Shown here piece after piece: positions 13,737 through 27,859 of a stretch of 64,000 bases of DNA (within the stretch, counting starts at the first letter, position 1; the number at the start of each line of letters is the position of its first letter). A program made the translations under genes and the position numbers. The DNA lies in NCBI GenBank assembly GCA_964016885.1, contig OZ024742.1:131316001-131380000 (forward strand), given 5' to 3'. Under the pieces are notes generated by a model that searched no databases, was not told the DNA's origin, and worked only from the letters and a program-made list of their open reading frames with translations. The stretch is from Eledone cirrhosa (lineage: Eukaryota).

Positions 13737-14243
13737 GGAGGTGCGTTTTATTGTAGCACAATAAAGCAATGCAAATATCGGATAAGTAGCACTCAACAAT
13801 TTATAGGACTGGATTATAAATAATATAAAATCAAAAGATGGTTAAAAGAGTTCCATGTATTTTATTGTGCGCATTCAAAAAACAAATATCATCATGGGAT
13901 GATATTTGCGTTCTCATCAGATAAAATAGTGAGACATGATATGAAGCTTAAAAAAACACTTGCGAGCAGTGAAGTGTCAAATCAACATATGAAAAATAAA
14001 ATTAGAGGGATATATGAGATTGGAAAAAAGGAAAGGAAGGGGGAAAGAAAAGGTAAGGAAGAGGAAGAAAAGATATATATCTTTTCTTCCTCTTCCTTAC
14101 CTTGCTCGCAAGTGTTTTTTTAAGCTTCATATCATGTCTCCCTATTTTATCTGATGAGAACGCAAATATCATCCCATGATGATATTTGTTTTTGAAATGC
14201 GCATAATAAACTACATGGAACTCTTTTAACCATCTTTTGATTT

Positions 14244-14250
<7 letters not shown>
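13733..14250. mobile_element. Non-coding inverted-repeat element with HHR
   Basis: Arms ~13820-13968 / 14103-14250, a nested perfect hairpin at 14052-14101, (TA)n on both sides. Confidence 0.8.
14146..14210 (+). ncRNA. Type I HHR with long stem II
   Basis: tttat-CTGATGA-gaacgcaaatatcatc ccat gatgatatttgttttt-GAAAT-gcgc-ATA-ataaa. The mirror copy at 13861-13926 is mutated. Confidence 0.8.
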
Positions 14251-14305
<55 letters not shown>

Positions 14306-15339
14306 TCAAACTAGGCGTATTTTCATTCCTTACCCCAATAAGGAATGTATTATAAATGACAACAGAAAGAGATACTACCTTATTTAGAGTGTCTGCAGTT
14401 ATTGTTCAGTTCATTTTCATTTTTACTTATTTTACTTCTATTTGAAAAAATATTGTATTGATATACAATAAAATGTGTTTTTGTTCTATCTTTCATTTGA
14501 CTCTGAACAAGTGGCTGCGTAGATATCGGCTTATATTTTATGTGTTCAAATCGGCTTCAGGTTTCTATAAAACTACACGTTCCAATGGAGTCAGTGTTTT
14601 CAACAACGTACTCTGATTTAAAACGTTAAAAGCTTCCTTTATCAGCGTGATATGCAATGTATGCATTCCACACTGAATAAACATTAATACCAATAAAATA
14701 GGAAGGTTTACGGGATTTGGTTACTTTTCTAATGCTATACAAGCAAGCATATAAGAACATTTCAAACATAACAAATTCTAAGTAACTTATAAATCTTACA
14801 GCTATAATTAAGTATCCTTTAAATAAATTAGTTTAAAGTAATAAACGTAAGTTACAGTAGTAAATAATCGTAAATATTGTTTACGTTTAATTCAGATGTT
14901 TATATAATGAAAACCAAAAATTGAGGAAAAACTATCCTGAAAACAGTATTAACTACAATTCAAAATAATGAGCACTCAAACGTCTTTAAAAAATAAACAG
15001 GAATTGAACGAAAAAAAAAAGAGAAAAAGACGCAAACGAAAACATTTAAAACTTTATTTTCGTCAGAAAGTAAAAACAAACTACAGTTAAACAACAATAA
15101 CACATATTACTCAAAACAAAACCACAGAAATAACAACAATAACAACGATAACAACGATACCATGAGCAATAAAATAATATCCAGCTTCACATCATAAAGA
15201 AATAATTACAACCAACACAATAATTCTTCTACTTCTTCTAATTCTTCAAATTTTTCTTCTTATCCTTTTTGTTGTTGTTGTAGTGATGTTTTTTTTAGTA
15301 GCAATAGTAGCGTTTATCATTATTTTGTTGCTAAATCTA

Positions 15340-15356
15340 TTATTATTATTATTGTT

Positions 15357-15398
<42 letters not shown>
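15340..15398. repeat. (ATT)n microsatellite
   Basis: Directly visible. Confidence 0.9.
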
Positions 15399-15478
15399 TC
15401 TATTACAATAGTATACGCCGTTTTGTTATTGTTTTCATTCGTTGTTATTTTATGTTGAATATAGAGACATTAGATTTT

Positions 15479-15550
<72 letters not shown>

Positions 15551-15583
15551 GGGGGGGGGGTGTTTGAGAGTATGTGTGTATAC

Positions 15584-15616
<33 letters not shown>

Positions 15617-16939
15617 CATTTTTTTGAGAAACCATAAAATTTACGCTATAAAGATAGTCTTGGTTGATAGTAAATCCGATCAAGAAATAAAAAGAAAGAT
15701 TACAAATAGAGAGGAAAAAACAAGGAAAGAGAACCCTGCAGATAATAATTGGAACTACACAAATGCAACGCATACAGAAATGGCAATAAAGAAAGGCGAA
15801 AAGATGATAAATAAATAATACATAAAAAGAATATGATATTCCAAACACGTAAAAATTGTATAGTATTGTTTTTATAGTGATTTATTTATTTACACATTGA
15901 TTTAGTTATTTTTTCTATCATTTTTGTTGTTAATTCCATTGCAGTTTGCATGCAAAAGTTTAATAAACACGAGTGATTTTGTTTTCCATTTTATGGGCGT
16001 CATAATCGTAAAAGGAAATACGAAACTAACCAGCATTAAGATAGAGAATCTGTGAACAGCTCCGATTTCATGCCAAATCCGGCTATAGACGACCACTATC
16101 ACAATCAGTTGTTGCTTTTACAGCTTATCACGCAAATAACGAAAAAAAAAGTCAAAAATAAATATAAAAATAAATAAATAATGAAAAACAAAAAAACAAA
16201 AGAAAAAACAAAACAAACAAAGAAAAACCAAACACACACGCAAAGAAAAGAAAGTCTCACCATTATCATATCTAATCCGAACTTTCGAATTCAATAATTT
16301 AGTCTGGCCCATTGTTTTCAACCAACATCATCAGGTTTTCTCACAGAGAAACAGAAAATCTATTTGGCTCTTTCTCTCTGGCACTCTCACACCTTTTTAA
16401 CCCGCCTTTATAACAATAATATATATATATATATATTTATTTATTTATATATGTGTGTACGTGTGTGTGTACTGAAATTAAATATTATTATAAAAGAATA
16501 GATACGTTAATAGTCTGGTGTTTATTGCAGTTATAAACATCAATGAAAAACTAATACAAGTAGCTACTAAACACGAACAAAAATGCTTTTCTCATTCCAA
16601 GAATAGATACAAAACAAGGAATGAAATAACAGACAATTGTGAAGACAGGGCGAGTCAACACCAGACAATGGGAAGAAAGCTCAAAGCTAAGCGAAAACAG
16701 AGTTACGAATTGCTATAATGAAGCAAAGGCAAAGAATGTTATATCTTTGAAAAACAAATTTAAAGAGGCTTCAATGTCTTTGCATTGGTCGCGAACTGTT
16801 GGAATTAAAGTTGGGCTTAAAGATTCTTGATTTCAGCATAGTTATAGTGTAAATGGCTGAGAATTAGACAGACATGTAAAACATTAGCGCAATCATCAAA
16901 TATGTTAATGTAAGGGTGTGCGTGTGACATATCTGGTTC

Positions 16940-17085
16940 TTTCAATTACAGATGGGCTTCCAAACAGTTTCCGTCTACCCAATTTCACGCTCACGACTTG
17001 GGTCGACGCTAATTCAAGATGCCTCGCAATCGAAATCGAACCCGGTATCGAATGGTTGTGAAGCGAACTCATTAACCATTCAGTA
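16940..17085 (-). mobile_element. Degenerate SINE fragment
   Basis: aaacagtttccgtctacccaatttcac...atcgaaccc...attaaccattcag, a tRNA-like head in reverse. Confidence 0.55.
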
Positions 17086-18742
17086 ATGCTGTATTCACCT
17101 ATATTCCAATCCAATCCAGGGCCTTCTCATTCCTGTTGGATGAACCCCTCCCTGGTTGACTTCCACTGCTTTCTTTTGGTCATGTCTTTACCATGCTTGG
17201 CAATTGCGAGTTGGCCAGGCTATAATCCAGAGTTAGAGCGGATGGCCGTTGGCTCCGAGGAGTTCATCCATCCGCCCTTTTAAAAGCTCTTGTTTTCTGA
17301 GCTGCTGGGGTTCCACTTAATCACAGTCTGTTGGGGAAGCCAGTTTAATTGCCGACTACTCGACCATGAAGCAAGTTGTACTGGGATGTATGGTACCAGT
17401 AGCAGACAGAAGTCTGACCTGATTATTATATAAATATATATATATTATAATATATATATATATATAGAATTATGTTAGATGAGCAGAAACGTTATCTCTG
17501 AAATTACTGAAGAAATTATTCAAATATAAAGATCTGAAAGTAGCTTTTAATCAGAATCCTAAAATTAAAAGAAGAATCGTTACCAGAAGAGAGAAAGTTA
17601 ACTTAAATATACACTGCATACAAAACATAGTATTAACATGCATTGCAGACACATTAAATAGGATAATTTGAATACAATAGAAAACAAAAGAAAATGGACC
17701 CTTCCCGACTAAAGAGACGTAACACACGTGCACAGAACTGCTCTCAGAATAAATAAAACACCAGAAAATATGGAACAGTTTCATTTCTATCAAAAGTGAC
17801 ACTAGGTAAGATAAGAAGACAGATTATACAATTGCACTGGTAGTGTGGTGCAATGCGACGAGGAAAGAATACGAAGAGCTTCAAGAAGCTGAAAGACTCT
17901 TAGGAATATCATACTGCAAATTTCTGTACAGGTGACCTGACCTGTGTTCATGAATCGTGGATGGCAACATACAATATACTAGTAAGTGTTGCAGAGCCAG
18001 CTTAACTATGACTACTGAAGAGGTAAACAGAATTAATTCTCCAAGCCTAATACAACTGGGACCTCCCAAACCACAGGACTATAACGTGTTTACCAACAAT
18101 ATATGTTCTTGTTTACTAGAGGATCATAAAAGTTAATGGAAGGGGATTTATAAATATAGCAAACAGATATTGGTGAAGCGAACTATTATAGAAGACATAA
18201 AAAGGAAATCATAGAGTGCTTAAAAATATAAATGGGACTTTAACGCTTCATGAAGTTGTAAGGGCCGTTTTGATATCTGTCAGCCCATCTTTCTACGGGT
18301 CAGGGCACACTCGATTTCTCCAAGAGAAAGAAAATGATAAATGAAAAGAAAAAGAACCAACACTAGTACTGAAAGGCAAAGTTAACATTTGCTGAATTTG
18401 AACTCATAGCGAGGTGAACAGGAGGAAAAAATGCAGCGGCTTTTAAAATCAGACATTGACAATTCGTCATCCTTCTAGCGTGGTTACCGAAGAAAATAAT
18501 TATGATATTAGAGACAGTCCATATATACAAAGCTCTAAAACTAAAATAAATCATACTATATCAAAATGGATATATACTAGATGACGACTGGGTAAAGTAA
18601 ATGTGATTTAAACCACCAGTATATACTTACCAACTTCTTCAGTGATACATTGTCTCATCTCTAAAATCTGTATAGCTACCTAATTATAATTTACTTAATA
18701 GCGTTACAGACGTCTATAAATGCTATGGACAAATCGTATCAA

Positions 18743-19927
18743 CAAGGGTCGGCTGAAATGTTCGTAAGCTGACCAAGATGCTCACATAGAATGTAACCAA
18801 ATAAGGTTTATTTTTCTACAATTTCCTCCTTGCGCTGCATACATTTTCCATCGTTGTTGCAGTGATTGGATCTCATTGGTGAAGAACATTTCCTCCTGTT
18901 AGTCAAAAATGTCATCAGCAGCAAATATGAAGTCATCATCACTACGATACTGGTTCCCAGCCAAATGGTTTTCATGTTGGGGAACAGATGACAGTTAGAT
19001 GGGAAAAATAGGGAGGGTGATTAACCTGTTCAAAACCACAGCCACGCACCAATGAAATCAAGGATCTATGTGATGGAGAATTGTCCTGATGAAACAAGAC
19101 ATCGTTCGTCAGTTTTCCTGGGCACTTGGTTTTGATAGCCTTTTGAAACTGCCTCACCAAGTTGGCTTAGTACTGTCCATTGTTGGTGTGACCCTTTTGA
19201 AGATAGTCAATACACACAATGCCTTTTGCATCCCCCAAAACTGAGACTATTACCTTCCCTACAGATGAAACAAACTTAGCCTTCTTTAGAGCAGGTGAAG
19301 ATCGGTATTTCCAGTACACGGATTGTCTCTGACTCTGGCGAAAAGTGATGAACCTAACACTCATCCTGGTTTAGGAAACATTCAAGGAAACCAACTTGGT
19401 CAGCCTCAAACAATGTTAGATTTTCCCATGATCTGATCAGTCTGGTGCGCTTTGATCAGGTGTCAGAATACGTGGCACGCACCCAGCATAAAACTTCGTC
19501 ATGCCGAATTAATTGTGCAGAGTAGTCTCGGCTCTCTCATGGGACATGCCCGTTGGTGGCAGGTGCAGGGCGTCCAGAGCTTCGGATATCTTCAAGACTC
19601 TCCCTACCCCTCCTAGATCCTCAGCTCACTTTTGCACTGTGGAAACCCATAATGTAGCATCCCATAATGTAGCAACCATATCAACATGAATGTCCTTGGG
19701 GGCTAAAGCCTTTTTCTTCATGTAATTGACAACACCATGATGCCAAATATTGTCTATTTTCAAGAGAGGACGTTGCTTATTACTTTGAAACCCTGTGTGA
19801 ATAGTAGGTATCAGTTTACCTGAAAGAAATCAATTATTAATAAGAAGATTTGAAATTAAGACATGCAAGATTTCACAGCCCAAGAATTACTTGAGAGTCA
19901 GCCTATGAACCTTTCAGCACACCCTCC
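18743..19927 (-). mobile_element. Decayed mariner (Tc1/mariner) DNA transposon
   Basis: Imperfect ~30-bp TIRs (caagggtcggctgaaatgttcgtaagctgac / gtcagcctatgaacctttcagcacaccctcc). Broken transposase with GKVIVSVLGDAKGIVCIDYL, FHQDNSPSH and HPPYFSHL. Confidence 0.9.
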
Positions 19928-21740
19928 TATAGATGATTAAAATATACTTACAAGGGGCAATTATACCCACCTGGAAAAAACAAAATAAGACCCCCCCCCC
20001 AATTCATTCAAGATGACTATGGAACTAGGTAAGTATGACACAGTTACTACAAAAATGTAAATTAATTAAAACTGAAAACAGATCCAGTTAGTGAAATCAG
20101 AAATTTCCAAAAGATCTATCGATACAATTATTTGACTGTAACTGAAACTGATAATATACAACACAATAATAGAAATGAGTACCAGCACAGAGTCGGACGA
20201 GTGAAAAAAATGAATTAAATGCTAGAAATAATACCATCCACTCCACATAAATCGATCTGTGTAGTTTCAAAAACAACCAAATGATAAAACGAATCAAATG
20301 CTAGAAATAACAGCAACCTCCTCACATAAATCGATCTGTAGTGTTTCAAACAACAATAATAATACAAAGTGAAAGCAAAACAAATAAACTACTAAGTGTT
20401 TTGCAGCTACCATCTAACGTTGATATAAATATAATATATTTACCCCGGTGAACGCTTAGAGTTTAGAAAAAATGTTAGCAGCGAAAGAAAACTGGTTCAA
20501 CTGTTATGAGGAAAAAATGTGCAAATTAGAGATTAAGAGTTGCGCTTGTTCAGCAAGTGCCTTGATCTGAGAGAGACCGTTTGGAAGTGTCATTATAACC
20601 ATTAACATGACATTAAAAAAATTAATTTTACTTTATATTTATCATTTATTTCTTGGTGTCAAAACTTTCGTCGAAATCTCCGCGACCTGGTTTCTGACAC
20701 TGCTCTACAGTAATATAATGGAGACAATGTTTATGTTATTAAATGCCGAGTTGATTTTTCAAAGTTGTAATTTCAATAGACAGTATATTTTCTGTATTAG
20801 GAAACAGTAAACATATAAACCAAAATATAAAGAACACAATATCCACGAAAACAAAACAGCAGAAAATATTAACAAGTACAAAATTCAAAATCAAAATTGC
20901 ATTCCAAAAGGTACTACACCGCCCCCACGCCCCCCAAAAAATTACCGTATTTAAGTGTAAGTACTAACTTGTATTCTTGTCTATTTTTCTGCTTCACCAC
21001 ATCTTGTCCTCTTACCAACACCTACCACGCCATTGTCTTCTAGTGCCAATCTTGAGGTTCACAACGCTCCCAAGGAGATGGTAGCGCACACATTGAGAAT
21101 TAGTGGGGTAAGACGTTGATATTTTATATTTCATTTTCTTCAGACTGAGATTAACCTTCAGGATTTCACTTTTCGAATCATTTGAAAAGTAAAATATTTT
21201 ATGTTGGCATAGTTTCAATGGTTTTAGCATTTCCCTTGTTTTCTAATTATCTTTTAATCACGATGTTTAGATTAATCCATGGTGCAATAAAATTTTAGAA
21301 ATTAATGTTTGTGAATGGTGAGTAGAGTATTTTCGTTACATAATCTATCATCATTCTCCGCGTGATTTTCTTCAGAACTAGTGGTATATATTTTTGTAAT
21401 TAGAGATATAAATTTCTAAGGATGAATTTATACTTTCATAAGTTCGATATTATGCATAACAACCATTCGTTGTAATGCTTTGGGTGTGAGTGTGCTGCCG
21501 GAAAGAGAGGGAAAATAAAAATAAAATATATGAATAAAAACTAATAATAAATTTTCCACTTAAACTTATTGCTTGAAAAACCCAAAGAAACGCTATCATA
21601 CTAATTAATTAATTAAATGATTGATTCATTCATTACTTCGTTCATTCATTATAAAAGCCCATAATTCCACACACATTTACATCAATACACATGCAATGTT
21701 TAAATATGAAACAGTTAGTAAAATATAGTAAAATAGTTAA

Positions 21741-22073
21741 AGATCCCTTGGGTCACGAATGACCATGGGTTTTGCTCCTAGAAAGTTTCTCTCCGAGGCA
21801 CAAACCCGGACAAGGTGCTTTTGTGGAAGACCAGCAATCACTCTTGAATGCTAGGGTCCCTTCTTGACGCCATTGACATTTTCCAAAAGAAAGACAAAGA
21901 CCGATACAGCTTTGCATTAATGACGTCGCATCTCATTTCCACAGCTGAGTGAATTCAAGCAGTTTGATATCAAGTGTCTTACTCAAGAACACAACGCATC
22001 ACCCGTTTCGTTAATCGAACTCACAACCTCACTATTGTGAATCCATCTAGATAACCATTAAGCCATACGCCTA
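21741..22073 (-). mobile_element. tRNA-derived SINE
   Basis: aagtgtcttactcaagaacacaacgcatc...cgaactcacaacc...taaccattaagccatacgcc, the same head as 5350-5460. Confidence 0.7.
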
Positions 22074-22504
22074 CATATAGTATCGACCATATATGTAATT
22101 GTCTAGGGAACGCAGTATGACCCAATGATTAAAAAGTTGGTTTTACAATCATCATGTCCTGAGATCATGTCTGGAATTTGAAAAAGTGTTTTTAAACAAA
22201 GCGTTGGGTTGACCCATCCTTAGCAGGAAAAACTTTGTAGCCGGAAATTGTTTGGTTGCCCGTCGTCGGATGGACTCTAGCTGTAATTCAAAAGGCCAGG
22301 CCTGTCTCGAACGGCTGTGTTAATTCCCTGAGAATTATGTTATAGGTGGAAAATCTGTGGAATTCTCAGCTACTTGCACGTTAATAGTGCTTATATAGAG
22401 TTCTGGTTAAAAGAACCTAGTTTTGACAGTGAGAATAATAGAATTTCATGATTGTTCACTATTACCATACACTATATCACGTTAATTAACAATTAATTTC
22501 ACCA

Positions 22505-23482
22505 CTTCTTGTTCTTGTTGTTGTTCTTGTTGTTCTTGTTGTTGTTCTTGTTGTTCTTGTTGTTCTTGTTGTTCTTGTTGTTGTTGTTCTTCTTCTTCTT
22601 CTTGTGAGGGCCGTGGGGATTCAGTTCTCAAACACTCCCTCGAACAGGTCCTGTCAGAAGCAACCGACTCCATCTGATCCAGCTGGATCCTCAAGCGAGC
22701 TCATGGATGTTATCCATCCATCTTACTCAGGGCCTACCCCTGGGTCTCCTGCCGCTTGGTTTCGCATTTAATATTTGTCTAGCGATTCTTTTCTGAAACA
22801 TTCTAACCACGTGCCCATAGCATCGGAGATGATTCTCTGATCTCAGAACTACGTACTCTTTCGAGTAACGTTACACCAAAGACCCTTTCGAAGAACCCCA
22901 TTTCGGTTGCTTGTATTCGTGATCATATTCTTTCGGTTATTACCCAAGATTCACGACTATAGATAAGAATTGGTACGAATACCGAATGGAAGATAACGAA
23001 TGTGGCTTTTACACCTACTTCCCTTCTCATTACTGAATGCTGAAGCTGGCATATTACTGCATTAGCTCCTGCAATTCTGGCACGTAATTCAGCCTCCTAC
23101 ATTCCATCATTCGTGAACATGGTCTCATGATACTTGAACCTCTCTACCTGCTTCAGTGGAATTCCATTCACATATAGAGTGCACTGTGCATGTTTCCTTG
23201 AGAGGACGAGTGTCTCAGTTTTTGTAGCACTGATTTCCATTCCAGTCATGCAGCAATCTGCACAAAACTTATCGAGTTCAAGTCGAAGATCACCTTCTGT
23301 TGAGTTAAGTAACAACATATCATCTGCAAATTCCAGACGACTGATTTTACACCTGCCTGTCATGAAACCACTTCTAACCCGGCTGCGCAAGTCAGACCTG
23401 TTCATGTAAATAATGAACAGGACAGGTGACAGTACACACTCTTGGCGGAGTCCGAGTCCCACATCTCGATAGAGCTGATTTT
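22505..23482 (-). mobile_element. RTE-clade LINE 3' fragment with (GAA/CAAGAA)n tail
   Basis: LRQECVLSPVLFIIYMN and LEFADDMLLL RT motifs. Simple-repeat tail at 22505-22603. Confidence 0.85.
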
Positions 23483-23489
23483 CTAGAGA

Positions 23490-24890
23490 ACAGGTCGCAG
23501 GTAAGGGATGGCGATACGGCCACCAGATATGATGGCATGTTATATAAGAGGGAAACTGTCGGATGAATAAGTAAGCCAGGACAAACAGTGGTAAAATACT
23601 AGGGGAGATGGCGCAATGGGTGGCACTTGTAACTCCCAAGAAAACTTTCAGTGATGTAGCTACGACGAGATGAGTAAAGGCCGGCTCTGGGGTGTGTGGG
23701 ATGGACGCAGGACGAATGCGTATTCCGAGAAACCTCAGAGGTTCTGGAAGGGAACAAACCTTGACAATTGAAACTTGGAACATCACAAACCCTACATGTA
23801 AGGAGCAACAACTAGTAAAGGAGACTAGATGCTACCGGCTATATATAGTTGGTATATTCTCAACAGTTCAGTGACTCTGATACTCTAGATTTGAATGGAG
23901 GATGGAAACTCTACTATTCATGTGTGGCGCCAGAAATGACTGATCAGGTAGGAGTGGGGATACTCACAAGCCCGCAGCTGTCAGAATATGTTATGGACAA
24001 GAAGTCCGAATACAGGTCCTTCCTTGATGAAGTCACTCCAGCTTTAGATGTAGTTAAGACCGAGTCATATATCCGGCTGGGAGACTTAAATGCACATGTT
24101 GGAACTGACCACCTGACATAGAAAGGAATGATTGGAAGGAATAGCGACCCCCGATTTAAATTCGAATGGAGAGGCCTTATTAAACTTCTGTTGTAGCGAA
24201 GGACTCTCTATTATAAACACCTTCTTCCAGCACAGAGAAATCCATAAAATTACTTGGAATAAGGGGAATCAGGGATAGAGATAAATAATTAGTTTTGTTA
24301 TTGTCTCTGATCTGCTTGATTTTGTGCTGGATGTCCATGTTAAGACAGGGGCTGAGCTATCGACTGATCACCATCTAGTTATCTGCAATCTGAGATTACC
24401 TACAGCCAAAGAAGCTCACAAAACTGGCTGATCCAGGGCAACCTACAGTATAAAGTGGGAAGCGTTTGTGGATTAGGAAGTCGGGACAAGGTATACAGAT
24501 ACTATTGCACCAAAATTCAGAGAACCCCCTGAACAAACTGAGGAGTTGAGAGAGAGTGGGGGGGGGGGGTATGCAGCTCAGCAGCTGTTGATTCAGCTCT
24601 TAAATGCTGCGAGCGAAAGAGGCTTGGTGTCGCGCCTGATGGCAGAAGGACACATTGTTTCAATCAAGAGATCAAAGATGCTATCCGAGCAAAGAAGGAT
24701 GCTTACAAAGCATGGCTTGAAAATAAGGCCTCCTTCTTGTACTTGCGGTACAAGCAGCACGAAATATCGCAGCAGAGACAGTAAAGACGTCCAATGTTAA
24801 GACATGGAAGACTTTATGATTAAGCTGGAATCCGATTTCAGAACAGCAAATAAATTGTTCTGGCAGACCATCCACCGACTTCATAAGAAA
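23490..24890 (+). mobile_element. RTE-clade LINE 5' fragment (decayed APE endonuclease)
   Basis: LTIETWNI, GWKLYYSCV..GVGIL, LGDLNAHVG and TDHHLV motifs, with stops and frameshifts. Confidence 0.8.
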
Positions 24891-24904
24891 CCATCCCCCA
24901 CTCC

Positions 24905-25260
24905 TGCTCTTCTTTTCTTCTTTTGTGACGCTAAACTCCGCCAGTTGCAGACTGCGCATTAACATGTGATATCTCTCACCACAAAGTTCGATCACCAGCA
25001 GCAGAGTTTAAGGAGCAAAGATCAAGTTCAGTCCATAAGTTGGCATTATCAAGCCTTCGTCTTGACTGCCGGCCTCTGGTTCTCTTACCAGCCAAACTTC
25101 CTTCAGGCATAACCTACTCACACCACGAGTTGATCTTTTTATATGACCGAATAGTTTGAGTTCTTTTGACTTGACAATTGATGTAATTGGTCTAAGTTTG
25201 GGAATGTTCAGCAGCTCACTGCTATCAAGAATTAATTTCTCATATAATATGATGAAAAGA
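24905..25260 (-). mobile_element. Short RTE-like LINE 3' end
   Basis: IVKSKELKLFGHIKRS C-terminal motif and a purine-rich tail. Confidence 0.6.
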
Positions 25261-26045
25261 GAAACGAATGGCGAATAACTGATATGCAAATGTGGCTAAT
25301 TAACGCTCACTTTCAATCTGTGCCAAGTATCTAATTCCCAATTGCTACAGTTCGTCCTCAAAAATTCAACTTCATACCCAACTATAAATTCACTGAGGAA
25401 AATGAAGTCGGAAAAATATCTGAGTATCTATTTTCGTCCTTCGATGTTCCAATTTTAAATGACATTGGATACTGATTGTTGTTCACTGTTTCATCTTGAC
25501 CCACTTCAAGACTACCATGTATGCTGGGAGGAAGTAGTGGGAGAAAGATATTCTCCATCCGGAACTCTGGCGCGAAGGTTTGCACCAATTTGGACTTCAA
25601 TAAAGGCATCCACGGTTCAAGTGATATTGTTAAACAGAGCAATGTCTTAGGTCTCCGACCTATTAACCATACTTGTACAATAAAATAACAACCAGTTATA
25701 TATTCTGGAATATATCCAATATAAATTGTGAGCACATGAGATAAAGCCATTGGGATATATCAATATCATAAACGTAGCATTAATTTCACAAAGTATTTCC
25801 CAGAATCGTTTCTATTGTTATAACTGCCGTTGAGACAAGTAACTTCGAAAGATTAGAACAACTGTCAACATAACTCATAACGTAATACCAAATATACCAT
25901 TACCAAAACTGACACAATTAGCGAGTCGCTCTCTAAAATGGATGAAAGAATTGCCTGATTTCTTGTTAAGAGCTTTGCGTCTTGTGTATAATATAGATAG
26001 ATTGCCGCTACTAAGAATGGTACCCAAAAGGACACCTTTCGATAA

Positions 26046-26080
<35 letters not shown>

Positions 26081-27812
26081 GTGCGTGTGTGTATATATAT
26101 ATATATATGGGTGCGTGTGTGTGTGTATATATATATGTGTGTGCGTGTGTGTGTGTGTGTGTATATATGTATGTATGTATATATATATGTATATGTGATC
26201 GTATGTATATATATGCACTCAGATGCACAGACACGCATATTTTTATACGTGTGTTTCTATGACTGCGTATTTCTATTATGTACGTATGCATGATGTTTCA
26301 GTATATCTATACAAAATTCTTATTTCACTTAATTCTCATTCAGATATTTTCGAAAACATAGGTATATGTACATACATACATGTAAATGCACTTACAATCT
26401 TTTATATATATATATATTTGTGTGTGTGTGTGTGTGTAAATATATTTGGCGTATATAGCATTCATCTTATATATTCACACTCAAACTTTAACACACCACT
26501 GCAGAGCACACTACCGTAATACGTATATCTATATACATACACATATATATATATATGTGTGTGTGTGTGCGTGCACGGCTATGTAAATATGTGTTTGTGT
26601 GTTTGAAAAGAGGGGATTAAAGTAGCTTTTAAAGGAAATATAGCGAAGAGAATAATAAGAAAAAAAGAGACAGAAATTGTATGTGTATGAGCAGGATTGT
26701 ATTTGTGTACATGTTCATGTGAGTATATGTATGCGCATATGTATATATGTGACCATGCATGCGTAAGTAAGAGAAAGACGTTATGGCCAAGACTTATTAT
26801 AGTTTTGGTCTTCTCGCTATAACGACAAATTTAATAACTGAAGTATTTTTTCCTCTCACCATCTCTTTTACGAGATTGACCGAACCTATAAATATATATT
26901 AATCTATCAAGGAATAATAGTAAAGTGGAATGTAACAGAATACGGTTCAAGGGTGAGTGAGAAGCGGACATTAGGAAAGAGAATGTATTTTAAACTATTA
27001 TTTTTACTAGGATTTAATCTACGATCCAGTTTCGATTCCAGATAAGTATATATCGTGTAACAACAATAAGAGTTTCTAATTTAGACACAGGGCAAGCAAT
27101 TTTGAAGGAATGAAAAATTCGATTAGATCGAAACAGTACTTTCTAGATCAATAATTTTACTTATTGATCTAGAAAGAAGGAAAATAATTGTTGAATTTAG
27201 TGGGATTTTGAACTCAGAAAAAATAACGCGAAGCATTTATTCAGCCCTACAACGATTCGAAAATACCTCGCCATACGAGCAACATAAGTATTGTTTTAAA
27301 TAATCACACGTTCAAAATTTTTGTAAGGAATATTCGATTACACAAATTCTAGTATTCAAAATGTATTTCATTTATTTCCTGGATCCAGGTAGGATGGAAG
27401 GAAAAGCAAATATTACCATTGGAACAGAGAAGGTATTGGGATTGAGTTAAATATAATTCTAGTAATTGCGTCTGGCATCTATAGCCATATTTAACTAACT
27501 GCCAGAAGAAATTTAGAATATTAACATAAGAAAATTATGGTAGGAAGGGTACACCATCAGTACAAAAATGTCTTTCAGTGTGTATTATCGTTATGGTTCA
27601 TAAATCTTAATATTTCATCCGTTACACGATGATAACGTGCATCAGAAAGTTACTATAAGTTTGCTCCAATCGATTATAGCACTCTCTGAAAATTCATGGC
27701 CTTGTGCCAAAACTAAAATTAATAGTGGTTTTCATGAAAGATAAACATTAAACGTGACCTTGCAAAATGTTTATTGTTATTCTCTAATTTATATATGTGA
27801 GAAAATCATAAC

Positions 27813-27852
<40 letters not shown>

Positions 27853-27859
<7 letters not shown>

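Noticed and set aside
17480-18260. Purine-rich, possibly decayed retroelement coding sequence (similar stretch at 11400-12060)
   Set aside because: No diagnostic motif recognisable by eye.
22482-22694. Poly-Q/E ORF
   Set aside because: It is the simple-repeat tail of an RTE LINE.
25382-26050. Possible decayed class A GPCR fragment on minus (MALSHVL..., GCYF...TISLEPW)
   Set aside because: Only vague TM2/TM3 resemblance with no consistent frame or order. It would need tblastn/HMMER support.
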